Origin: Mobula birostris
Lineage: Eukaryota
NCBI RefSeq assembly: GCF_030028105.1
Contig: NC_092377.1
Location: 28,330,782-28,394,781 of the forward strand
Direction of reading: 5' to 3'
DNA length: 64,000 bases
Below, piece by piece: positions 13,731-25,971 of the stretch (its first letter is position 1; each line of letters starts with the position of its first letter). A program made the position numbers and the translations under genes. The notes beneath the pieces are model-generated. The model was not told the DNA's origin. It saw only the letters and a program-made list of their open reading frames with translations, and did not search any database.

Positions 13731-13922
13731 TCAGGGGCAGGAGGCTTGATTCAGTCCTTTTGGTGGTAGCCATTGCACTCATTTTGTGGCATGAACATTA
13801 CTTGCCACCTATCCTCCCATATCTGAAGGTTGTGTAGACCTTGGTGCATGCAGTCATGGGAACATCGTTTACAGAGGGGTTTACAGGTAGAACTGAATAT
13901 CAGCACTTTTTATTACCATTTA

Positions 13923-14532
13923 CAGTGGTATGCAAAAGTCTGGGCACCCCGGTCAAAACTTCTGTTACTGTGAATAGCTAAGCGAATAAAAGATGAACTG
14001 ATTTCCAAAAGGCATAAAGTTAAAGATGACACATTTCTTTAATATTTTAAGCAAGAAAACTTCTTTATTTCCATCTTTTACAGTTACAAAATAACAAAAA
14101 AGGAAAAGGGCCCGAAGCAAAAGTTTGTGCACCCTACATGGCAGTACTTAGTAACACCCCCTTTGGCAAGTATCACAGCTTGTAAATGCTTTTTGTAGCC
14201 AGCTAAGAGCCTCTCAGTTCTTGTTTGGGGGATTTTCGCTCATTCTTCCTTGCAACAGGCTTCTAGTTCTGTGAGATTTATGAGCCGTCTCGCATGCACT
14301 GCTCTTTTGAGGTTTATCCACAGATTCTCAATGATGATTAGGTCAGGGGACTGTGAGGGCCAACACAAAACCCTCAGCTTGCGCCTCTTGAGGTAGTCCA
14401 TTGTGGATTTTGAAGGGCGTTTAGGATCATTATCCTGTTTAGGAGCCATTCTCTTTTCATTTTCGGCTCTTTTACGGACGGTGTGATATTTGCTTCCAGA
14501 ATTTGCTGGTATTTAATTGAATTCATTCTTCC
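13923..14532 (-). mobile_element. Tc1 transposon, one IR/DR end plus transposase C-terminus
   Basis: TA + CAGTGGTATGCAAAAGTCTGGGCACCC, inner direct repeat gcaaaagtttgtgcaccc; QDNDPK...WPSQSPDL..IENLW (DD34E). Confidence 0.93.
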
Positions 14533-14927
14533 AAGTCAGAATGATATGTGTCACTTGGAATTGCTTATAGCACCAATCACTTTGCTGATGATTGAGAGTA
14601 GGCTGATTGGGCAGTTGTGATTTGGATTGAATGCTTTCTGAGAATAGAATGTACCTAGAAAGTGTTCCATGCTATCTCATAGGTACCAGTAACATGTAAC
14701 TGTACTAGAATAGCTGAGCAAGAGACATGGCTGACCCTGGAATGAAGCTGTCCAGTGCTGCGTTTAATATCACTGTTGTCTGGTTGCATTGGCATTGTAT
14801 CCACTGCTCTCAGCCTTTTCTTGATGTCTTAGAATGTGAATAGAATTAGTTGAAAACTGGGCTCTGTAATGGTGAAAATCTCAGAAGGAAGCCAAGGCAA
14901 CTAATCCACTGGGCACTTCTGCCTGAT

Positions 14928-15400
14928 CACACTCTATAGTAATTAAAGATTAGCAGGCAGGCTTCTTATAACATTCACGGCAATAATTGGACAACACCAT
15001 ATTTGCTGCGATATTGACTACAGCAATTAAACAGGAATACTTTCTCTGCAGCATTGACAAGAAGTGTTAAATGGCTTCACCTTTCCTAACGCTGTAATTT
15101 ATCAGCAGAGCCTGGAAATTGGATGTAATCATACCCATTTATTATGTCCAAATCATGCATAAAGACTAAATGTGTTTTAACATGAAAATAACAATCCTGC
15201 CCATCGTGCAATTGAACTGCTTACTTCCAGGTGTAATTCACAGAAGTGCAACCTACGACTTTTATCAAACAAAGTGCACCCCTACAACAATTCAGTTGAA
15301 AGATATGAATTAAACTGTTCTTTATGCGTAGGAATATCAATGTGTAGTCAGCCTGAAATGTTATTGCTGTCCGTAATTGTCATGCTATTTCCAGGTCTTG
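14928..15400 (+). repeat. Degenerate ~40-bp tandem repeat, patch C
   Basis: acattcacggCAATAATTgg (14981) and atattgactaCAGCAATTaaac (15021), then gcattgacaa..., in a 40-bp register. Confidence 0.65.
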
Positions 15401-15623
15401 TTTATTGTGGACAGCTGTGGAGCAGGTGAGCAAACGTCCACCTCCCTGTGTTTGCCAAAAAAGTTTAGAAAAGGACACAGTGGTCCTTGTCAAGACTCAC
15501 CCTGAGCAGCTACCTAACACTGGAGTCTGTGATCTGTGAGCTGTTCACAGGGATGCACCCTGAGGGAAACATTAACTGCCACTAGAAGATGATCATCAAC
15601 TTGGTGAGAGCAGAAAATCATAA

Positions 15624-15822
15624 GTACAAAAGATTTTGCCGATGCTGGAAATGCAGAGTAACACACACACACACAAAATGCTTGAGGAGCTCAGCAGTTC
15701 AGACACATCTATGGAGAAGAATAAAGAGCTGACATTTCAGTCCCTTCATTGCTGAAGGTTCTAGGCCCAAAACATTGGCCCCTTATTCATCTCCATAGAT
15801 GTTGCCTGACCTGCTGAGTTCG
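15624..15822. mobile_element. Fold-back Penelope-derived short element (older)
   Basis: Left arm ...ctcagcagttcagacacatctatggaga is inverted relative to right arm tctccatagatgttgcctgacctgctgag. Confidence 0.7.
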
Positions 15823-16959
15823 TTAATGTGGTGAAAGATGCAGCCTGGTCCATCTGAAACCTACTGGCCTTGCAGTGTAATATGTCTGTAAATGAATGCT
15901 GCCACTGGCACGTTCCGAGGTGCAGGGGTTCCTACTGAGGGACATGTTGAAGCTTGGTACAAAGGTCACAAAGTACTTGCAGAAAGGACTACTGTCTGGT
16001 TCCCTGCCATCACTAAACACACAGGAGCTGGGTCCTGTTTTTATAACTGGCAAATAGGTGCACTGAGTTAGGTGGAAAGAAGCATAGTCTTAACATGTTG
16101 TAAGCAGATCAGTTTATCTGATTGTATAGTGGATTTTGAGAAAGATTTATTAAAGGTGCAATGAATGCTGAGCATGTCCTGTAAGCATTATAATGAATTA
16201 AGTGGTTTTGAGAGTAAAAGTATAATTAGAATTGAGGAGGTATGACGAATGACATGCCTTGTGTATTTACTGCATATTTCATGAATAAAGCATACTTTGG
16301 AAAACAAAAAAAAAACAAATTGTAAGCTTGGAAAACCATGCACAGCACTGATCTGCTGAGATCTCTGTGTGAGCCTTTCAGAAGGATGGGCCCTAATTGT
16401 GAGGGAGTGAAGGGATGGAGACAGGTTAGTGACGCAATGAAAACATCCCAGCAGAGATCTTTGCAGGGAGCTGCTATCAGGAATTTAAACACTCCAGCCA
16501 ATGTGAAAGCAGCACCAATAATTCTTCAAAAGGTAATTTTTTTCAGTTTAATTATTTTTTAATCTCCTTCCCCCCCCCAACATATGCACTTATTGATCTC
16601 ATAATATTAATACAGAGTACAGCAAATAAGGGTAAAATCTCATTTCTAGGCACAATAATTCCCTGGAGTATTTACTGCAATAATTAACCTGCCACAAAGC
16701 GCCTGCAGTAACCAATTGTAAACATTCAACAATAACAGATTTGCTGCATCTTTGGTTGCATTACTCAGATAGTTGCTCTTTCCATGCAACATTTGTGCAA
16801 TAATTAAACAGCAGCTAATGTCTCACAGCGCTGACTGCAATAATTAAAGACCTCCTGCAGCACTAAATGGAATACTTCCTGCGGGATTGGAGCTAATTTT
16901 CATGACTAATAGGAAACTGTTCAAACTATAGTTACTGCACTCCAGAATCAAGGTCACTC

Positions 16960-17867
16960 GGTAGTTGAGCAGTATGCAAACAAAATTCCTGTTTGTGTAT
17001 GCATGCAGGCTGAGCTCCAAGCCATCAATAACTTGTTCATTGAAGCATACAAGAGGATGGGGCTTTACACTCAATGCCAGCAAATCAAACAGCCTCTACC
17101 AGTCTGCAAAATGCACCACACCACATTATCATAAAGGTTCTGGAAAGCATGGATCTTTCCCCATATGTTGGGAGCAAACTCTCACAGCAAAGACAGACAT
17201 TGATGATAAAGTTTACCATTGCCCTCAATACACCAGCAAAGTCAATTGAAGAAAGGGGTATTTGGAGGTCAAGAGCAGATTTGGCATAAAACTCACGATC
17301 TGCTGGACAGGAGTGACCGGTGCTTACCTAGACTTGGACTAACAATAGCTATCACCTCAAGACAGTGGAAAGGTACTGCCATTTCTGACTCCACAAGATC
17401 CTCCAACTTCACTGAAAGGGTAAATAATTCAGAATTTTTCTATGCCCAACTCCACTAGATACCTAAAACAAATACACTTTTCCAAGCTTTGTCACTGGTA
17501 AAAAAAAATAGAGACGGACCGAGGAAAAGATTAAAAAGTTATGCCCTGAGTTTCCTTGATGAAAGTGCAACATCCCAACTGGCTCTTGGGAACTTCTGAA
17601 CCATCACTGCTCCATATTGAGGAGCACGTGGGATAATTTTGAAAACCTTGATGTCATGGTTGGGAACATAAAGGCCTACTTAAGTGGTGGGACAAAAGCA
17701 CACCATCTTATTAACTACCCCCTGCCCAATCATTAAATAGATCTTGCCCCATTTGCAGAAGAATCTGCAATTCCCACATTGCCCTGAGCAATGACCACAA
17801 AGCTCAAATAACTAGAGTTGAAGCATGTCATCCTTACTCCCAAAGGACTGCCTAAGATAGAAAAGAA
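16960..17867 (+). mobile_element. Old RTE-1-like LINE 3' fragment
   Basis: EAYKRMG.TLN, FP..G..L.AKTDIDD motifs; 3' end gtcatcctt...ggactgcctaagatagaaaaga. Confidence 0.7.
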
Positions 17868-17974
17868 CTGACTGTCTGTAGCATAACTAAAAAGTTGCAA
17901 TTTACATACAGCATTGACTACAGTAATCAAGTAACAATAACTAAACTGCAGTAGCATTACTGCAAACTTGACTG

Positions 17975-19090
17975 GGGGCAGAGTGCTGACATGGATTGAA
18001 AATTGGCTGGCTGACAGGAAACAAAGAGTAGCGATTTAACGGGTCCCTTTCGGATGGCAGGCGGTGACCAGTGGGGTACCACAGGGTTCAGTGCTGGGAC
18101 CGCAGTTGTTTACAATATACATTAATGATTTAGATGAAGGGATTAAAAGTAACATTAGCAAATTCACAGATGACACAAAGCTGGATGGCAGTGTGAAATG
18201 TGAGGAAGATGTTATGAGAATGCAGGGTGACTTGGACAGACTGGGTGAGTGGGCGGATGCATGGCAGATGCTGTTTAATGTGGATAAATGTGAGGTTATC
18301 CACTTTGGTGGTAAGAACGGGAAGGCAGATTATTATCTAAATGGAGTCAAGTTAGGAAAAGAGGAAGTACAACGAGATCTAGGTGTTCTTGTACATCAAT
18401 CACTGAAAGCGAGCATGCAGGTACAGAAGCAGTGAAGAAAGCTAATGGCATACTGGCCTTCATAACAAGGGGAATTGAGTATAAGAGCAAAGAGGTCCTT
18501 CTGCAGCTGTACAGGGCTCTGGTGAGACCACACCTGGAGTATTGCATGCAGTTTTGGTCTCCAAATTTGAGGAAGGACATTCTTGATATTAAGGGAGTGC
18601 AGCGTAGGTTCACAAGGTTAATTCCCGGGATGGCAGGACTGTCATATGTTGAACGATTGGAGCGACTGGGCTTGTATACACTGGAATTTAGAAGGATGAG
18701 AGGGGATCTTATTGAAACATATAAGATTATTAAGGGATTGGACACGCTGGAGGCAGGAAGCATGTTCCTGCTGATGGGTGAGTCCAGAACCAGAGGCCAC
18801 AGTTTAAGAATTAGGGGTAGGCCATTTAGAACGGAGTTGTGGAAAACCTTTTTCACCCAGAGAGTGGTGGATATATGGAATGCTCTGCCCCAGAAGGCTG
18901 TGGAGGCCAAGTCTCTGGATGCTTTCAAGAAAGAGATGGATAGAGCTCTTAAAGATAGCGGAATCAAAGGTTATGGGGATAAGGCAGGAACTGGATACTG
19001 ATAGTGGATGATCAGCCATGATCACAGTGAATGGTGGTGCTGGCTCAAAGGGTCGAATGGCCTACTCCTGCACCTGTTGTCTATTGTCTA
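17975..19090 (+). mobile_element. Young 5'-truncated CR1
   Basis: SGVPQGSVLGP, DDTKL, RPHLEYC; (TCTATTG)n tail; ttgactg at 17968-17974 and 19091-19097 is a probable TSD. Confidence 0.95.
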
Positions 19091-19607
19091 TTGACTGCTT
19101 TATTGATTGCAATAATTAAGAAGGAGCAGTTTACTGCAGGACTGATAACAATAACTAAGTACCAGCATCCTTTTGCAATACTGATTGCAATAATTGAATT
19201 GCAGTTGCTTGCCTCTACTATTGACAACAGCAAGTAAACCACAGCCATTTCTCAGTATTTTGGAATGTAATCATTAAAAAAAGTCGCATTGACTGCAATT
19301 ATTAAGCAGAAGCGGATTCCACACTTCATTGGCTTCAGTAATTCAGCAGCCATGACATATCTCCACAGCAGTGACTGCAGTATTTGAGCTGTAGCGGTCT
19401 TTGCCCTGGCATTAATTAAACAGAGCAACTTTTCTTCACAGAATCCCTGATAATGAAGAATGCTCGGCTCATTCATTCAAAACTGAATTGCAACCCTCAT
19501 TAACCATTCCTGACCATCCATTGCAATTTACTTCTGATCCAAGACCCCATCATGTGATATTTTCCAAATGAATGATGGCAGCTTGTGAATACTTCCTCAT
19601 CACAACA

Positions 19608-20080
19608 AGAATCAGAATCAGGAGTATGTTTATTATTACTGATAGAGGTCAGGAAACGTGTTGTTTTCCAGCAGCATTAAGTGCAATATTAAAATATAGT
19701 ATGAGTTAAAATAAGAAGTGTATATGTATAAAATTAACAAAGCAGTGCAAAAATAGAGATAGTTTTCATTGTCCATTCAGCAATCTGGCGGCAGAGGGGA
19801 GGAAGCTAATCCTAATACATTAAGTGTGTGTTTTCAGGCTCCTGCACCTCCTCTCTGACGGTAGGAATGATAAGAGGGCATGTCCTGGGTAGTGGGAGCC
19901 TTTCTGTATTTTTGATGTACAGTCTTTTGAAGATGTCCTCGATGATGAAGTTGGCTGAGTTTATAACCCTCTGCAGCTTTTTTTGACCAGTTAGAATGCT
20001 CTCCACAGAAATTTGCTGGAACCTTTATTGAAATAACAAATCTCCTCAAACTCCTAATGAAATATAGCCACCAGCGTACA
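19608..20080 (-). mobile_element. Rex1/Babar LINE 3' fragment
   Basis: (AGAATC)n tail in reverse; ESILTG, KKLQRV motifs. Confidence 0.75.
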
Positions 20081-20219
20081 CCTTGAACCCACTAGAAAAA
20101 CAAAGACAGCTGTTGCTTGGGTATGTTTACACCTAAAGATTACGCTGGATGTCACTCAACTTCCACTCTTGAAAAATACCTTCTGTTTCCTTCATGTTCA
20201 CTGTGGAAACTGATAAGCG

Positions 20220-20315
20220 CAAGAGATTCTGTAATGCTGGAATTCAGGGTAACACACAAAATGCTGGAGGAACTCAACAGGTCAGGCAACACTTATGGAA
20301 AGGAATAAACAGTCA
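20220..20315 (-). mobile_element. Penelope-derived short fragment
   Basis: acacacaaaatgctggaggaactcaacaggtcaggca. Confidence 0.65.
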
Positions 20316-20425
20316 ATAAATCATCAGGTTATCAGAAATCAATATCAATGTTCCTTCACCACAAGCAGTACAGTGTATCAGGGAGAAAACGCCTCATTCA
20401 CCTCAATACTAACAGGGATGAACAA

Positions 20426-20552
20426 AAACAACAGGAATTCTGCAGATGCTGGAAATTCAAGCAACACACATCAAAGTTGCTGGTGAATGCAGCAGGCCAG
20501 GCAGCGTCTGTAGGAAGAGGTGCAGTCAACGTTTCAGGCCGAGACCCTTCGT
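20426..20552 (-). mobile_element. Penelope-derived short element truncated at the hammerhead core
   Basis: Near-identical to 8026-8152; 13-bp TSD cagggatgaacaa at 20413-20425 and 20553-20565. Confidence 0.88.
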
Positions 20553-20945
20553 CAGGGATGAACAACACATGTTAATCCTTCAATGATGTCCACCAGGCTT
20601 GACTGGATACAATTAAAGAGTAGTTTCCATCCGCACCCAATATCTGATGGAGAACTTATCTCTCCCAAGCACATGCGGGAAAAGATGCATGAAAAGTATG
20701 TACGAGCAGAATCGGGCAAATTGATACGAGTTTCACAAGCAGCACCATTTTAGCTCATGCTCTCATGAGCAAATTAATTTCTTGGCCAGTGAAATCAATG
20801 ACTTATTAGTTACATAAAGTGAAATAAAGGCAGGGGAAAAAGGATTAGATCTGGAAAGGAAGGCAAAGGAGACCAAAAATGGAAAGTAAAGGAAAATGTC
20901 ATTTTAAAAACCTATTTGTATCACCCAATTATGAGCATCACTAAC

Positions 20946-21066
20946 TACAGATGCTGGGCATCTGAAATAAAACCAGAAAATATTGGAAAAAACCTAACAG
21001 GACAGGCGGCATCAATAAAAAGAGAAAGTTTTAACTTTCAGTTCGAGGACCCTTCAGCAGAACTGT
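20946..21066 (-). mobile_element. Old Penelope-derived short element
   Basis: cagatgctgg...aaaatattgg...gacccttcagcagaactg. Confidence 0.6.
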
Positions 21067-21211
21067 CCTGTTTTCCCAATGTTTACTGTTTTTTTTAAGA
21101 TTCCTCTATTAAAATGCTTTTTTTCTCTGTGCTAGAAATGTTAGTTGACCAAATGTTGGTTTCTATTCATTACAACAACAGGTAATTAAAAGAATGCTTA
21201 AACTAATACCA

Positions 21212-21529
21212 TGGATCTTTAAGGCATCCGTTAGTCTTGCGAGACCATGGATCTGCGCCTGGAAAGTCTTCACTCTCCAGGGCTCAGGCTTGGGCAAGGT
21301 TGTATGGAAGACCAGCGGTTGCCCATGCTGCAGGTCTCCCCTCTCCACGACACCAGTGTTGTCCAAGGGAAGGGCATTAGGACCCATACAGCTTGGCACC
21401 AGTGTCGTCGCAGAGCAATGTGTGATTAAGTGTCTTGCTCAAGGACACAACACGTTCCCTCGGCTGGGGCTCGAACTCACGACCTTCAGGTAGCTAGTCC
21501 AATGCCTTAACCACTTGGCCACGTGCCCA
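21212..21529 (-). mobile_element. Young tRNA-derived SINE with RTE-related 3' part
   Basis: Reverse head gggcacgtggccaagtggttaaggc...gagttcgagccc (A and B boxes); central gtgtccttgagcaagacactt; 13-bp TSD taaactaatacca at 21199-21211 and 21530-21542. Confidence 0.88.
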
Positions 21530-21568
21530 TAAACTAATACCAATGTACATTAATATCTACTTTATATG

Positions 21569-22061
21569 CAGTCAGTGGTCATTCTATTAGCTGCAGGAGT
21601 AGAACCTATTGTGATCTTCTGTTGCTGTGGCTTATCCACTTCAAGTTCAACGTGTTGTGTATTCAGGGATGCTCTTCCGCACACTGCTGTTGTAACACAT
21701 AGTTATTTGAATTGCTGTTATCTTCCTGTCAGCTTGAACCAGTCTGGTCATTCTACTCCCATTAACAAGGCATTTTTACCCAGGGAACTCTGGCTCACTG
21801 GATTTTTTTTTGTTTTTTTTGGCGCCTATCTCTGAAAAAGTCTAGAGACTGTTGTGCTTGAAAATCCCAGGAGATCAGTAGCTTCTGAAATACTCAAATC
21901 ACCCAGTCTGGCACCACCAATCATTCCACAGTCAGTCACTGAACCTCTTGACCATATCTGCATAGTTTTCTCCATTGAGTTTCTGCCACATAACTGTTTG
22001 ATTAGATATTTGCATTAACAAGCAAGTATGCTGGTGTACCTAATAAAATGGTCTCTAAGTG
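21569..22061. mobile_element. Non-autonomous Tc1/mariner MITE
   Basis: Imperfect TIRs cagtcagtggtcattctattag / ctaataaaatggtctctaagtg followed by TA. Confidence 0.7.
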
Positions 22062-23379
22062 TATATTATGCAACTCCAACACATCATGACGTTCAATACA
22101 TGACAATAGTGGTGCAAAGTCCTATTTGTGTAACACTTAGATTGCATCTTACAGAAGTTTATATTCAACCTTTTATCCGCTGCTTGGCTGATGTTGCAGT
22201 GGTATTTTTACATTAAAAATAGAGATATATATAAATGTAATGAAAAACCTAGTTCAGGTTTCTTACAATCTTGGAAAATGGTTACGGAGTTTTTAAAAGT
22301 TAAATTGATTTGCCTTTTTGAGGGATGTATTTTCTTAGCCATTTCTCTTTCCCTTTGCTAGTTCAGCAGTATTTCTTTTTTTTACTACTGTTGGGTTCAG
22401 TTATAATGGCTCACTCCTCAGATTTGCCTGACAGGCAGGCAAAAAACACACTGTCCAATTATTTTTTTTTAAACTCTTCAGTGGGACAGAAATTCCTCAA
22501 TTGTTTTCAAGTTCCAAGTGAATAAGGAAAATTAGCTGTTAATTGTTCTCAACTCCCACATCTTCAGTTCCAATGATTTCAATGAACAATGAACAAAGGT
22601 TGGTAGTCCTGCACTTCTTTCACGCTGGCGGCTGAGGATGGAATTCTCCCTCAATCACCCAGCTATCAAAAAAAAACCTGCTGAATTTCTTTTACAGACC
22701 ATTCATGATCAACAACTGGCCCATTGAGGTTGAGTATTGCTGCACACTGCCATCTTGTAATATAACCAGTTGTAGCTCTATGCTATTGTGCTAATATGCT
22801 ATATACTATCTTTTCGATGGAATGAACAACCTGCTTACAAATGCCTTCTGTGTGCTGCCAGAAGCTAAACACTATGACTAATTTCAAGTCAAGATTATGA
22901 AAACATGCTGAAGTCTAATTTGGTCTTGTGTATATCCATTAATTTTCACAAAACCTGAGATTGAGTCTATATTATAATCCAGCAAAGATGAAACTCAGTT
23001 AAGTAGGGATGTAATCTTATCAGAGAATCTTTATTGAAATTGATGGAGACACATTGGGCATAAAGAACATTCACTCAATGAACTTGAGGCTGGTTGAGTC
23101 ATGAAAATTAATGCACTTATAATATGATACTGACAGTGGGCCATAAATCATTGTTTACTTTGGTTTACAGCAGCTACTGTATAGAAAACCATGATCATTA
23201 TTGAATTAGAGACTGTTCTTTATGGCTCTTGATCCTTCCTCATCACGTGGTCCTTTACTGCTTTCATGACCAAGTATAAAGGGGGCTGGTGGAACTTGGT
23301 ATGCCCATGGCATGACTTGCAGCACAAGTCACACCAAACACTGAAATGGAGATGGAGTTACCCTAGGAACACTAATCGA

Positions 23380-23822
23380 ATTGAGTATATTTTCATAGAG
23401 TGTTGTCATAGGAAAGCAGCATCCAATATTAAACACGCCCATCATCCTCTTCTCACTTCTACCATCAGGCAGAAGGTACAGGAGCCTTAGGTCCCACACC
23501 ACCAGGTTGAGGAGCAATTATTACCTCAAGCTATCAGGCTCTTGAATCAGCATGAGTAACTTTTTTCATCACCAATCTGAAATGATTCTACAACCTATAA
23601 AGGGCTTTTTACAAATTATGTTCTTGACATTATTTTTTATTTGCATAGTTTGTTTTCTTTTGCACAATGGTTGTTTGTCAGACTTTGTCTGTTTAGGTAT
23701 AGTTTTTGATAAAATTCTTTTGCATTTCTGTTTACCTGTAAATGCTTGCAAGAAAATTAGTCTCAAAATAGCATATGATAACTATACGGAATTTGATAAT
23801 AAACTTACTTTGAACTTTGAAC
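23380..23822 (+). mobile_element. Rex1/Babar LINE 3' end
   Basis: LLPSGRRYRSL..HTTRL motif; aataaacttactttgaactttgaact tail. Confidence 0.8.
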
Positions 23823-25120
23823 TGTAAATAGGCTGTAGACTATATACAGAGTAGGGACTTCTGGATTGCCATACTGAAACACAATTCTGCAATTATTTAA
23901 GCAAACATGGCAACAGATGGTATTGTTGGTTTTTATTGAAAATGGATCAGTGTATAAAAGTAAGGCTTTACATTAAATTATGGAAGTGACTATTTTAGTG
24001 GAGATCTCGTGTAACGCATCAGTCACTATTGTCTAAATGGAATTTGGGAAATAAACAAATGAGCCAAAAAAAAAAAAACAACATCAGGAAGCAAGGTGTA
24101 CCAGGGTCTTCTAAATCATTAATATAATTCAAGTTCAGCATTCATCCAATGGCTCATGTCTTTCTGTCTCTTCATCTGAACATAATGCAGAAATAAAATT
24201 AAGATTCCAAATCTAATTTATAAATGAAATTACATCATAATGCCCTTCCCTAGTCAAGAGGTGCAGCTAGCTTTAAACCTTGCAAGCTACCTTTAACTGA
24301 TGCTTGCAGCTCAACATATTGGCCTCCTGCTGAAGTCACTTAGTGCTGGCTGAATGCCACAATCATTATAATGAGCAAGCAGCGCAGAGTTGGCACTCTG
24401 CCTGCTTCACATTGAACAAGCACAGACTACCCATGCATCTCATTCCTTGGGCTTGTTTACGCCATTTGCTGAATTTAGCCTTTGTTATCTCCATTCCTTC
24501 TGTTGCAATTTTGTGTGGGTTAATAACTTATGTTCCTGTGGTAAAAAGGCTAAAACAGCAAATGATTGTGGATTCCTTTTACAAACAGATTTTTGAATCA
24601 ATTTTGGTCAATGTGTAAAAAATAGAACCAAAAATCTTTAATTTGTAAGTGTATTAGCCACTGTGGCATAAATGGAATTTAGGAAGTCAATTTTAGTGGG
24701 AAATATATGAGTTGAGTTTCTAACTCATGGGTTTGTACTTCCAGGAGGAATAACCAAACAAATCAAAAAGCCAGCATGTCAAGAGGGAAGAAATAAAAAG
24801 ATGTCCGAAGATCTTTTTGTCACTAGGGACAAAGCCGGAGAAGCTTTGATCGTTCACTGCAGCTGCAGAGCCTTAGACACTGTAAAAAGAGTGCGTGGAG
24901 AGCCTAATGGTTATATAAGTTATTGACAGAATCTTTGTAGCCAGAAGTTGGTTTTGGATAGGACACAGTACAGTTGGCCCTCCGTATCCGCGGGTTCCAC
25001 ATCCGCGGATTCAACCAACCGTGGGTTGGGATTGAAAAGACATCCCGGAAGTTCTCTCTCTTTCTTCTTATTCCCTAAACAACACAGTGTAACAACAATT
25101 TACATAGCATTTCCATTGTA

Positions 25121-25570
25121 CAGGTATCCCCCACTATCCTAAAGTAGAGCGTTCCTATGAAACCTTTCTTAAGCCGAAATGGCGTAAAGCAAAGAAGCAA
25201 TTACCATTAATTTATATGGGAAACATTTTTGAGCATTCCCAGACCCAGAAAATAACCTACCAAGTCATCCCAAATAACACATAAAACCTAAAATAACACT
25301 AACATATAGTAAAAGCAGGAATGATATGATAAATACACAGCCTATATAAAGTAGAAATAATGTATGTACAATGTAATTTCACTTACCAGAATCGGGAAGA
25401 CAGCTAGCACACTGGAAGGTTCACGCAATTTTCTATCATACAGTTCCTTGTAAGCACTCAAAACATCCTGCAAACCTGCCCTAAACTGACGTGCCCTTTC
25501 GAAATGAAAATCATACTTTTCTGCAATCATTGCAGCACTGTCAATCGTAGCGAAAATCTCACGTAGTTCA
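25121..25570 (-). mobile_element. Nested Tigger element (MER82-like) with transposase C-terminal fragment
   Basis: Starts after TA with CAGGTATCCCCCACTATCC; minus-strand EKYDFHFERARQFRAGLQDVLSAYKELYDRK resembles the Tigger transposase tail. Confidence 0.75.
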
Positions 25571-25785
25571 AAGCTGTGGCGGCTTGATGCTGAGTGTTTG
25601 TTTTGCTGAGAGCAAGACAAACGCTGAACGCTATTTGCGCTTTTTGCCACTCTCACTGCGTGGGGTGTGCGCTGCCCCTATAATGGCTCACTGCAAAACA
25701 AACGCTGAACGCTATTTTCGCTTTTTGCCACTCTTGCTGCTCGGGGTGCGTGGAAGTGCTACGATGGTTGCATCTGTACTGAACG

Positions 25786-25971
25786 NNNNNNNNNNNNNNN
25801 NNNNNNNNNNNNNNNNNNNNNNNNNNNNNNNNNNNNNNNNNNNNNNNNNNNNNNNNNNNNNNNNNNNNNNNNNNNNNNNNNNNNNNNNNNNNNNNNNNNN
25901 NNNNNNNNNNNNNNNNNNNNNNNNNNNNNNNNNNNNNNNNNNNNNNNNNNNNNNNNNNNNNNNNNNNNNNN
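25786..25971. other. Assembly gap (186 N)
   Basis: Run of N. Confidence 1.

Larger units (their letters stand above)
16585..19480 (+). repeat. Degenerate ~40-bp tandem repeat, patch D (split by an RTE and a CR1)
   Basis: CAATAATT cores at 16678, 16798 and 16838; register 19110, 19149, 19188, 19228, 19268, 19296, 19336, 19378. Confidence 0.8.

Noticed and set aside
16585-19480. Conserved-core/variable-linker repeat read as a CRISPR array
   Set aside because: Vertebrate intron, no cas genes, cores are not identical and linkers are homologous to each other
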